This document shows, one piece after another, positions 19,008 to 28,500 of a stretch of 54,477 nt of DNA (the first letter of the stretch is position 1; the number at the start of each line of letters is the position of its first letter). Location: positions 1-54,477 of IMG/VR virus record IMGVR_UViG_3300017956_000016. One strand, 5' to 3'. Below the pieces are notes generated by a model that saw only the letters and a list, made by a program, of their open reading frames with translations, was not told the DNA's origin and made no database searches. This DNA comes from a virus. Taxonomy: Duplodnaviria > Caudoviricetes. A program made the translations under genes and the position numbers.

Positions 19008-20543
19008 TTAGAACTCGATTACGACTTTAATGTCTTCAATTTGGTCACCAGCACGAGTGATGGGACCTCTATTATCTATGTAAATAATTCTTCCCGAATT
19101 TGGCTCAATCTCAGGATCGGCATAACCATTAGTAAATGCCATACCCAAGTCATATTCAGTGTTGTTGATAACACGAGTGGAAGTGCCAGATACAATCGGG
19201 AAGTTGATATCTGGGTCTCCAGACGTGCCAGAGATAGCACCCACAATCGGGTTACCACCGTCAAACTCTGTGAGACTACCTGTGATCTCAGGGAAAATAC
19301 CGTCAATTCTATTTTGATAGAATTTCAGGACTTTAGTTGTGCTATTCCAAGAAACAACACGACCACGAGCAGTCACTTGCTGACCACCAACAGTCCTTGA
19401 CTGAGTAACAATCTCGTCTGTTGTATAGTTGCCAGTAAATGTTGGCGAGAAGATTGCTGCCTTTGTGCCAGACAAAGTTAATTCTGCAGTCAATTCCTGA
19501 GTGCCAAATCTATTGGGGTTGAGCAAAAGACCAATACGACGATAATCGTTATCAGTCGGGAAGTCTCCGCTACCCTCATCGTAGGTAAACTTAGTGTTGA
19601 TCATCACACGATATCCGCCCAACTCTGTGTCTGGGGCAGCACCGTGACCAGTCGGGGGAGGAATGATAACCTCTACGTTAGCACCAGCGCCAGCGCCAGC
19701 ACCGATACCATTCACCTCGTCAATCACAACCTTACCGAAGGTGTAGTTAGATCCACCAGAAGTCACTGTGGCAGTAACCAACTTACCACCATCAACCACC
19801 AGAGAAACACGACCACCAACGCCGTCGCCCTTGATGGGCACGTTTTCGTAAGTGCCGTTGTTGTAACCTGTGCCAGAAGATCCAATAATAATAGTATCGA
19901 TCTCACCGCCAACTGCATCAGACACAACAGCAGTGTCATTCAACACTGGCATATATTCGTTGGAGAAGAATTTAAGCACCTGTCCCACAGGGATGGTGTA
20001 GAGATACTTCCAACGATAACCGTCAGCAGTTGTAATAATAGATGTCGATGTGCCTGTTGGCTCAACCGTGGAAGGTTTGCCGTTGGGGTCACTGGGAGAC
20101 GTGCCGTTGTAGATACACTTGTAAACTTGATACGATGAGTTAACAACGTAGAAGTCGGCGTCAAACAGTTTAGTTGCACCAGAAGATGCAGTCTTTGTTG
20201 AGGAGTAGTCATGACGATACATGTCATAGACATAACCCAAACCACCAGTTGTCTGCTCTGGGGGAATCCAGTTAACACGACGGACAACCTGAATAGTGTC
20301 GTTTGCCAAGACTCGCTTCAGGGAGATCATGTCAGCGAAGTCGTCAGAAAACTCCTGCAGAGAGTCTGTCGGATCGGGGGGATCATTCTCATTATCCCAA
20401 GACTGAGGGCGACCAATAAACACATAGAGTCTATCCCTGCTTGCGCCAGCATCCAAATCGGACTGGGCGGAATCAGGACCCTCAAGTGATTTGATAAATC
20501 GCTTCGCAGTAAAAATTCTAAACTGGTCGGTAAGTAGCGCCAT
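19008..20543 (-). CDS. gp8: Baseplate wedge subunit
   Basis: LYVFIGRPQSW, VVRRVNW, YDMYRHDYS, FYVVNSSYQVYKCIYNG, DGYRWKYLYTI and SGRIIYIDNR.PITRA.DQ.EDIKVVIEF motifs. Confidence 0.95.
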   Translation of the reverse strand: MALLTDQFRIFTAKRFIKSLEGPDSAQSDLDAGASRDRLYVFIGRPQSWDNENDPPDPTDSLQEFSDDFADMISLKRVLANDTIQVVRRVNWIPPEQTTGGLGYVYDMYRHDYSSTKTASSGATKLFDADFYVVNSSYQVYKCIYNGTSPSDPNGKPSTVEPTGTSTSIITTADGYRWKYLYTIPVGQVLKFFSNEYMPVLNDTAVVSDAVGGEIDTIIIGSSGTGYNNGTYENVPIKGDGVGGRVSLVVDGGKLVTATVTSGGSNYTFGKVVIDEVNGIGAGAGAGANVEVIIPPPTGHGAAPDTELGGYRVMINTKFTYDEGSGDFPTDNDYRRIGLLLNPNRFGTQELTAELTLSGTKAAIFSPTFTGNYTTDEIVTQSRTVGGQQVTARGRVVSWNSTTKVLKFYQNRIDGIFPEITGSLTEFDGGNPIVGAISGTSGDPDINFPIVSGTSTRVINNTEYDLGMAFTNGYADPEIEPNSGRIIYIDNRGPITRAGDQIEDIKVVIEF

Positions 20544-20568
20544 TTAACTAATAGGATCTCCCACTCTT

Positions 20569-20576
20569 TATTTATG
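20569..20576 (-). promoter_or_regulatory. T4-type late promoter (CATAAATA)
   Basis: NATAAATA motif in the short intergenic gap 25 nt upstream of the gp8 ATG. Confidence 0.8.
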
Positions 20577-20580
20577 GACT

Positions 20581-22422
20581 TTATTCATCCTCGTTTCTGA
20601 GTCTGTTTGTATACTCTACGACCAACATATTGGTTGTTGCACCAGTCTGTTGACCTAATATTTGCTCGTTAGCAGTAAACTTGACTGCAACTCCAGGAAG
20701 GATTGACTGTAGACTCAGATAATATTCCCCAGACTTCTCTGCAGCAACAAAAGAAGTTACAGTTGCAGCAACACCAGACACCTGTCCAACAACAGTCTCT
20801 CCAACAACATATGTTGCATTAGGAGACTTGTTGTTTACTCTCAATACGGCGGTCGAGGTGTGTGCATCTCCATCTCCAAGAGCACCAGCACCAATGATTG
20901 TTGCCAGTTGTTGTGGAGATCCACCGTCATAAACTTTATCTGCAAGTTGGAATAGTGTCAGGTTGACTCCACCCAACTCCTCTTCAATACCATATTTGGA
21001 TGATGCAATACCACCGTCAAGATTTGTATCGAATTCAAATTCTGTGCCAGTATTTACCAAGTCGGGGATGCCGTCTCCAGCACCATCCAATTCGTCATCA
21101 TCTTCAAATCGTCTATTTAGAATTAGACTGAGTGGATTTGTAAATGCAACAATGTCATCCCCAATGGATTCGACAAGGGTGTGTGGAGATACGCCAGTGG
21201 CAGATGACTGTGCAGCACCAGCGACAAACTGGATAGATTTGGTTTTGTCGGCAGAATTGCCACCATCAATAAAGGCAAGCTCGTCAACCTCAAAGGTCAA
21301 ATACAGAGCATGGGATACTGGATCCCAATCATAAACAATAGCAATTCTGTTTGACGCACTGCTCTGATATCTTTTTACTTGGTCGGTAACGTTAAAGATA
21401 TACTGAGATACGCCATCTGCATCATCTTGCAATGTATCCAAAAAGACCTTCTGGTCATATCTAAAGTTTGTGCCTCTATCGCAACCAGTGAATGATGTAG
21501 CAGTTTTACCTGTATATCTAACGATCTCTTTGTTGAGAAGAATTTTACCAGATCCAGGGAAGGGTGCAGTTGTCTGCACATTGATCGTTGTATCACTGGG
21601 AGTGACATCCTCAATCAGACCAGTGATATTGTAAAGAATTGAGTTAAGTGACTGTCTGTTTCTTTGCTTCCTAATTAAGTTTGTATCTCTAGCAAAAACA
21701 ACTTTTGGAGGATTGGTATATCCATTTCCAGGACTATCAATATCAATACTTGTAATTGATCCAAGATTGATATATGCAGTTGCCGTAGCACCCCTACCAC
21801 CACCACCAATAAGTTGGATGATGGGTGATGTTTCAAAGAATTCTCCACTATTGGTGATGGTAACCCCAGTAACCTTACCAAACTGGTTAACGCCCACAAC
21901 ACCAGTTGCACCATCACCACCGCCACCGCTGATAATGATGTTTGCATCTTCGGGGGTATAGTTTCTCCCCTCTCTTTCGATCTTTAGACCAGTAACACCG
22001 CCAGTGACAGGTACCAACTCTGCACCAGTGCCACCGCCACCTATTACTCTTGCAGTTGTGCCGCTGAAGTAGTTATCACCATTTGTTGTGACTTGGATAA
22101 AATCCAATTCACCAGTTGGAGTGAGATTGATCTTACCTTTTGCCCCATATGCACCATCATCAGTGCTTTCGATTATGAGACGAAGGGGATCGTAACCCTC
22201 TCCAGGATCAATAACCTCAACGGAAAGAATCCTGCCATTGGCAATGACAGGTCTTAAAACCGCTTCTCTGAGCGGTGTGCCACAATTTTGGACTGTTAGT
22301 TTTGGAGGATCTGTTGGATCGTAACCCGACCCACCTTCCACAACATAAACGTCTCTAACCCCAAAGACACTATTGAATTGGGGAGAAATTATAGCACCAG
22401 ATCCAGGGACTGTTCTTGGCAT
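20581..22422 (-). CDS. Virion structural protein, baseplate-associated (613 aa)
   Basis: Repeated GxGY..PxVxIxGGGGxGAxA modules as in gp7, plus EIVRYTGKT..SFTGCDRG. Sits between gp7 and gp8, coupled by a TAATG overlap. Confidence 0.75.
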   Translation of the reverse strand: MPRTVPGSGAIISPQFNSVFGVRDVYVVEGGSGYDPTDPPKLTVQNCGTPLREAVLRPVIANGRILSVEVIDPGEGYDPLRLIIESTDDGAYGAKGKINLTPTGELDFIQVTTNGDNYFSGTTARVIGGGGTGAELVPVTGGVTGLKIEREGRNYTPEDANIIISGGGGDGATGVVGVNQFGKVTGVTITNSGEFFETSPIIQLIGGGGRGATATAYINLGSITSIDIDSPGNGYTNPPKVVFARDTNLIRKQRNRQSLNSILYNITGLIEDVTPSDTTINVQTTAPFPGSGKILLNKEIVRYTGKTATSFTGCDRGTNFRYDQKVFLDTLQDDADGVSQYIFNVTDQVKRYQSSASNRIAIVYDWDPVSHALYLTFEVDELAFIDGGNSADKTKSIQFVAGAAQSSATGVSPHTLVESIGDDIVAFTNPLSLILNRRFEDDDELDGAGDGIPDLVNTGTEFEFDTNLDGGIASSKYGIEEELGGVNLTLFQLADKVYDGGSPQQLATIIGAGALGDGDAHTSTAVLRVNNKSPNATYVVGETVVGQVSGVAATVTSFVAAEKSGEYYLSLQSILPGVAVKFTANEQILGQQTGATTNMLVVEYTNRLRNEDE

Positions 22423-23897
22423 TAGACGACTACGATATTACCGACCATATTGCTATGGACTGTGCATTGATAAACATATGTGGTGCCAGCAGAAAGGCTG
22501 TGAGGCACGGTCCAATATTGAATGCCCATTTGGTTTCCTGTGACGCCACTGACTGCAGCTCCACCGTTGGAAACTCTAATCTCCAGCGGGTGGCTGGGAG
22601 CATTGTTTTCAAATCTGTATGTAAACCCACGATAGACATAAATCGTGGGATCGGTTTGACCCGAGAATCCAGCACCATTCAACGTATAATCGCTGTTGCT
22701 CGAAGCAGTGAATACGATGTTAAGTGCAGGTGATGCAACAGCATCCCACTGATTAACACCGTAAATGATATTCTGACCTTCCGATGCAGACGGCAGTTTA
22801 TATGCTGTTGTTTGATCGATTGTCAGGGTAGACCCAGCCAGGCTGGTGCTAATTGCAGCGCTACCAGTGATTGTAAATTCATCGGTAGAAGATGTTGCCG
22901 TATACGATCCACCAACACTATCGTTAATTGTCTGCAGGACGTTTTGCACCACATTAGGTGATGTGTTGGTGAATGTCAGGTTATTTGCATTGAGGTTTGT
23001 CTCAATACCTGTGCCGCCAACAAAGTTGATAGTATCTGTTGTTGTGGTTGCTGTGCGAGTGCCGTTGTCTGCTCCAAAGGTCACAAATACATTCTGATCA
23101 GGATCGCCCAGAGCGCCAGTCATATCAATAGTGACTGTATCTCCAGTGATCGTTGTCGAAATATTTGTGCCACCAGCAATAATCAAAGTATCATTTGCTG
23201 CAGAGGCAGTTGTCGTGCCCGTATCAGCATTGATGGTTTCAAAAAGGTTTTGTGTAGTGCCACCGCCAGTGCCAGAGTCTTCATCATTAGCAGGCTCCCA
23301 TGCAGTATTAGTAGCATTCCACTTCAGGACTTGACCATCGGAAGGACCACCATTAACTGTGGTGTCAACATCTGTGAGTGCAGAGATGCCATCGTTTACG
23401 TCAAGCAAACGAATCCAATTACCAGCATGAGCAAAGTAACCATTGCCAGGATCGTGAGCGTGGGCAAACATGCCATGGTGATCTGCTGCAACTGGGAAAG
23501 AAGCAACGTCAGCATAGTCACCAACATACTTTAGGTAACCATCATCGCCATCAATATATACCTTTCTGCTACCCTGACTACCTGCTTTGAAGTCGATGTC
23601 TCCAGTAGCGTTTGGCTCAATAACAATATTTCCACTGTCTTCCGAAACAATCTTGAATTCACCAACATTCAAGTCTGCACTCAGTCGATCGAAATGACCC
23701 TCAGCAAAGATCGATCCATTCCAACGCAACACTTGCCCATCCAGAGGAGCATTGATTCCAATCTGGAGGTTGGTGTCATTTCCTAATGATGCATATATCT
23801 CATCGATAACGGAATTGATTTTAATCGCACCGTCTCGTAGAGTATCACCTGTGCCATCATTAGCAGCACTGCCGACGTTAAGATTTTGCTTTGCCAT
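22422..23897 (-). CDS. gp9/gp10-type baseplate-anchored fibre with C-terminal cupredoxin-like domain (491 aa)
   Basis: N-terminal QNLNVGSAANDGTGDTLRDGAIKIN is the T4 gp9/gp10 N-terminal motif. DGQVLxWN fibre repeats follow. C-terminus PTIYVYRGFTYRF..SHPL..YVYQCTVHSNMVG. Confidence 0.75.
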   Translation of the reverse strand: MAKQNLNVGSAANDGTGDTLRDGAIKINSVIDEIYASLGNDTNLQIGINAPLDGQVLRWNGSIFAEGHFDRLSADLNVGEFKIVSEDSGNIVIEPNATGDIDFKAGSQGSRKVYIDGDDGYLKYVGDYADVASFPVAADHHGMFAHAHDPGNGYFAHAGNWIRLLDVNDGISALTDVDTTVNGGPSDGQVLKWNATNTAWEPANDEDSGTGGGTTQNLFETINADTGTTTASAANDTLIIAGGTNISTTITGDTVTIDMTGALGDPDQNVFVTFGADNGTRTATTTTDTINFVGGTGIETNLNANNLTFTNTSPNVVQNVLQTINDSVGGSYTATSSTDEFTITGSAAISTSLAGSTLTIDQTTAYKLPSASEGQNIIYGVNQWDAVASPALNIVFTASSNSDYTLNGAGFSGQTDPTIYVYRGFTYRFENNAPSHPLEIRVSNGGAAVSGVTGNQMGIQYWTVPHSLSAGTTYVYQCTVHSNMVGNIVVV

Positions 23898-23919
23898 GGG
23901 AGGTAGTTTTCTACAGTGT

Positions 23920-23927
23920 TATTTAGG
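23920..23927 (-). promoter_or_regulatory. Probable late promoter variant (CCTAAATA)
   Basis: TAAATA core overlapping the upstream stop codon, about 22 nt before the next ATG. One mismatch to NATAAATA. Confidence 0.55.
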
Positions 23928-25518
23928 TGCCATCAAAGGTTTGAGTTGTGGAGTCAAACGTGGTAGATGTGAAGGATAGGTCAGCACCAGTTTGACCAGC
24001 ACCACCGCCAAGGACAGTAAGTGTTGCCACATTAGATTCCAAGGGTGAGTTTTGTGCAGGAGCAGGAGCGCCAATGGGTCCACGAATCTCACACTTATAT
24101 CGGTATCCCGCCATGTAGGACAAGGCAGTGAATGTCAGTGAATTGGATGTTGCTCCTGTGATGACTGCATATGCAAATCCACCATCAGTAGATCTATACC
24201 AGCGATAACTGATAGGTCCGTTTTCTGGAAGAATTTGTGCTTGGATGCTGAATGTAACTGATGTATTTGCGTTGACAGAAGCAGACTGTGGTTGGAGGGT
24301 AATCTGCAGTGTGGGTGGAGTGACCGTCCCTCCGCCACCTGTGGGGGGTGCAGGAGGCGCTGCAGCACCGTTGTTTGGTGGTTGTGCTATGGTTTCCCTA
24401 GTGGTGCTACCAATCAGATATGGGAATGCTGGATGATCTACATCGCCAGGCAATGTTGAAAGGAAGTAAGCATATGTCCCACTTGGGAATTCGGGAGTCA
24501 CGCAGAATCTGCCATTATGATAGTCAAGGTCACCTAGACCCTCTACATACTCCCAGTCCTGCATCAGAGACCCTGCAGGGGGGTTTTGAGCAGTGCTACC
24601 ATATGCAGGTCTATTTTCTACTTCAATAGATCTTGCACGATATTGGGACTGCATTGGAAGAGTTGTTTGGGATGCCTGCCAAGGATCCTCATAACCATAA
24701 GGTCCATAAATGGGAAATCCATCAAATGCAAATCCAACGATCTTTGAGTGACCATCGGGGTGCCTTAGGTTATCTCCGTTAAACTGACTGCCACCGTAGT
24801 AGTCGTTATAGTTTGCCATGGAGGCATTGTCTTTCCAGCAATCTAGAAAGTGTGTGTCATGGTAGTGATATTGACCAGTTTGCTCTGGATGACCACCACA
24901 GGCATCATCGCCAAAATCTACAGGTGATCCTTCAAAGTGAGCGTTCCAGTTGAAACCCACAGGAGGATTACCGCCATTTCCAGCACTGGGGTTAAAGAAA
25001 ACAACACCATTAGCAGAAATGCCAATAGCGCCCAGCGGCGTAGCCGACCGCCCGTTTCTTTGGTCGTAGTATGTGTATGTCCTTCCTTCTGCATATGCAA
25101 TGGTTTGCGACTCTGCAACAATTAAGTCAAGACGATCATCTTCAGCCAACCAACATTCACCAGCGATAGATGTAAATACTGGTCCTCTAAAGATAAACTT
25201 TTGCTTTCTTCCATCGGAAAAAACAAAAAGGATGTTATCACCTGGGACAATTTGTCCACCACTAAATATCCCATTGTCATTCAATGACAAGTTGATAGAT
25301 ATCACAAAACCAGTTTGAGCGAATACGTTATCGTCAAACTGTCTGGGGGTGCCAAACTCACCACCTCTATATGTAAACGTCCATTCAAAATCCTGCTCAG
25401 TTACACTGTTTGGATTATTTTGATTAGGAAACGTCCCGTATGAAACGGGGGTGGGAAGACCATCCCCCGTTACGGTTAGTTGTTTAGTGCCAGGTTCGTA
25501 GCTTGCAGTTGCGGTCAT
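23923..25518 (-). CDS. YHYH-domain protein with C-terminal Ig-like domain (531 aa)
   Basis: TPLGAIGISANGVVFFNP, DACGGHP...QYHYH, HSKIVGFAFDGFPIYGPYG and GDLDYHNGRFCVTPEFP.GTYAYF. A Pro/Gly linker precedes an Ig-like domain (ITLQPQS..YRWY..YRYKC). Confidence 0.85.
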   Translation of the reverse strand: MTATASYEPGTKQLTVTGDGLPTPVSYGTFPNQNNPNSVTEQDFEWTFTYRGGEFGTPRQFDDNVFAQTGFVISINLSLNDNGIFSGGQIVPGDNILFVFSDGRKQKFIFRGPVFTSIAGECWLAEDDRLDLIVAESQTIAYAEGRTYTYYDQRNGRSATPLGAIGISANGVVFFNPSAGNGGNPPVGFNWNAHFEGSPVDFGDDACGGHPEQTGQYHYHDTHFLDCWKDNASMANYNDYYGGSQFNGDNLRHPDGHSKIVGFAFDGFPIYGPYGYEDPWQASQTTLPMQSQYRARSIEVENRPAYGSTAQNPPAGSLMQDWEYVEGLGDLDYHNGRFCVTPEFPSGTYAYFLSTLPGDVDHPAFPYLIGSTTRETIAQPPNNGAAAPPAPPTGGGGTVTPPTLQITLQPQSASVNANTSVTFSIQAQILPENGPISYRWYRSTDGGFAYAVITGATSNSLTFTALSYMAGYRYKCEIRGPIGAPAPAQNSPLESNVATLTVLGGGAGQTGADLSFTSTTFDSTTQTFDGT

Positions 25519-28500
25519 GCGTCGTCGAAGATTTGAGCAGGACTGAAGTTGGCAATGATTGTCGTGCCAATCTGGACCGACAAGATAGCAGAGTTACTGT
25601 AGACAGGTGTAGCACCAGCAGCAGTAATTGCCACTCTGTATTCGTCACCATCATCTTGTTGTGTCGTGACACCAGTCGGGAATGTAGAAGCGTTAGCGCC
25701 AATGATGTTAGTCCAGGCGGTTTGACCGTATTCCTTCTTCTGCCACTGATAATTCAATGTAGTTGTATTTATCGCACCATCGCTTGCCCTTCTAAATTCA
25801 GCAACGACTGTGAATGCAGCATTTTGACCCTGGTTAACTGTCACGTTAACTGGGCTGCTGAGGATAGCGACCAGACCATCTTCAACTACGATCGGGTTGC
25901 CCTGATAATCGGTTGCTTCTCCTGCATAAACATCTTGACCGTTGTTGACAGGCTCGCCCACGGGTGAAACAAAATCATCTTCAACGGTATTCTGCACAGC
26001 GATGAGTGGAGCACCATATGAAGCACCAGGACTCTTAACTTCAATTCTGGAGATACCCATCATTGGAGTCACGCGAGCGTCAAAACCAGTAGAAGAGATA
26101 ACCTCAACGTTTGGTTTGGATGTGTATCCGTCGCCAGGGTTGGTGATGTTTGCACTGATCACCTGACCGAGCGTGATGTCTGCAAGTGCTTCAGCGTTAC
26201 GACCCTTAACGGATCCTGTGTATTCAAAGGTAATCAGGGAGTTGGAAGACTCGATCAGAGCAACCTCACGAGCAAATTCTTCACCTTCAATATTCAATTC
26301 ATCACCAGTCTCAATCGGAGGCACGACTGTTGCAGAGATCACGTCAGCGTCAGATCCGATGTAGGAGAATCCAACGAATGTAGATCCTGCGCGAGGCACT
26401 TCAGAGAAGATAATTCTAGAACCGACAATCTCATAAGAGACTCCTGGCTCTTGAATGATGCCGTTGAGCGAGATTAGGATGTTATTTTCTGGCAGAATTG
26501 TTGCCGAAGAAACGCCCTCTGTCAAAGTCAGTGAGTAGAAGATACCATCCAACTTCAGGTTAAAGGACGACTTCAGGGAGTCAAACTCAAAGCTGATATC
26601 GTCAAGTTGACGGAGTTTGCCGACGTAGTAACCAATGAATTCGGATCCAACTTCGGGAGGCTCAGTAAACTGAATCTGATCAGAGAATGCTGTGTATGCA
26701 GCATTAGGAGGTTGCAGAATGCCATTAACAAAGACCAGCAGGTGACCAGCGGGATCTGGGAAGTATGCCTGACCATTCTCAATCGAGAGTGAGAAATCAG
26801 TCTGCACACCATCAAATCCACGGAAGTAACGGTCAACTCTACCTTCAAGGGTCGAAGCCGTTGTAACTGCAGCAGACCAACCATCATCACCACGGATGGA
26901 CATGTTATTGTAGAATTCACCAACAACCTGCTCAAGCCAAACTCTTGCAGTAATGCCACTTTGCTCAACAGCAGCGACCTTGCCATATGCGGCATAGTCG
27001 GTTTGAGTAACGTTACTAACAGTTGCGTAGATGGAGGGGAAGTTTGTGCCAACGTCAAATTTACCAATGTTGTTGCCAGAGATATTCAGAGCAGCAGCAG
27101 TCTCTCCCAATCCCACGGGTTGCAGATTTGCGATCCACAGTTTGTGAGGTGTGATGGGATTTGTTGTTGCATCATATGGTTGATACTTAGTGACGGTGGC
27201 AGTGAATCCAGGATTCTTCTGCACAGTGCCTTGGAGGAGTGTGACCTCATCTCCAGGTCTGAATGTGGCAGCAAGACCAGACTCAACAAACGTAGCAGCA
27301 ATATCCAATTCAATAACAGAGACGCCATGAATGGTGTCATTCACTTCGATAACGCCGTTGGGTTGATAGATGCCCTGCAGATCCAGGATGTAATCTGTCA
27401 AACTACCATAGATGATGTCATTGCTTTCCCAGGAGTTTTGGATTGTTTCCACATCCATCACAACACGACCACTTTCATTGCTGATAATAGCGCCAGATTT
27501 GTTTACATAAGAAACAATATCTGCTTCTGTGTTATCTGCCTTTTTGAAGATCACATCGCCGTTGGCATAATCGCCAAGGTCAACGTTGATCAACATGCGA
27601 TCGGTTTGCAACTCAATGGTGCCTTCGGTAGCAGAATCTTCGCCCACGAGGACATCACCAGTGACCCACGCAGCACCTGTCTTGTTGATAACTTTTAGAA
27701 TTGCATAGGTATTGCTTTCGTAGTAGTTAACTTGAAGGATGGTGCCAATCGACGTATTATCGCCATCTTTGTAGACTCTTTCATTGTTAGTGAATACTGA
27801 TATAATAGGATCAGTAAGATTATTAACTCTAATGTATGTGAATGTCTCTTTAACAACTGCAGTGTTGAAGGACTGAGCGGCAATTTCACCATAGACATCA
27901 GAAGATGTGCCATAAAGAATATCTGCAGTAATGAATCCGCCTTGATATGGGGTGTCTGTTGGAGGGTTGCCATAAGTGGTAGTTTCTCTCTCAACACCAG
28001 ATCTCACAACAACTTGGAAGAGGTGTTGATTTGTGTCAGATGTATCAAGAGCAAATGACTGATATCTGGCATCGTGCGTGGAGAATTCGCCAATCTCGAA
28101 GAATGAAGCATCAGCATTCAAGACATAGTAATAAACCTGATTGATGCCATCCAGAAGACTGCCCGAAGAAGGAATGTATTGGACAACATCACCACGACGG
28201 AAGAAGTTTGCACGATTGATTCTAACTCTAAATTCTGCTCTGTCATATCCAACAGGGACAGTCGGAGTCAGGACCACGAGTTGTGGATCGGTATTCCAGT
28301 CGAAACCTTCATCATAAGTGGTGCTGAGGTTAACAACGTCAGTGGAAGGCACGAAGGTTGTTTTTGCCTCAGTTGGGAAGATGGATCTTTCCAGTGCAAA
28401 CTCAAACGGGTTAATGGAGGAATCCATGTCAAACTCTGTGGACTCTTGATCCCACTCAGGACGATTGGGTGGAATGTAAATGCCAGGAGTTGTGATATAG

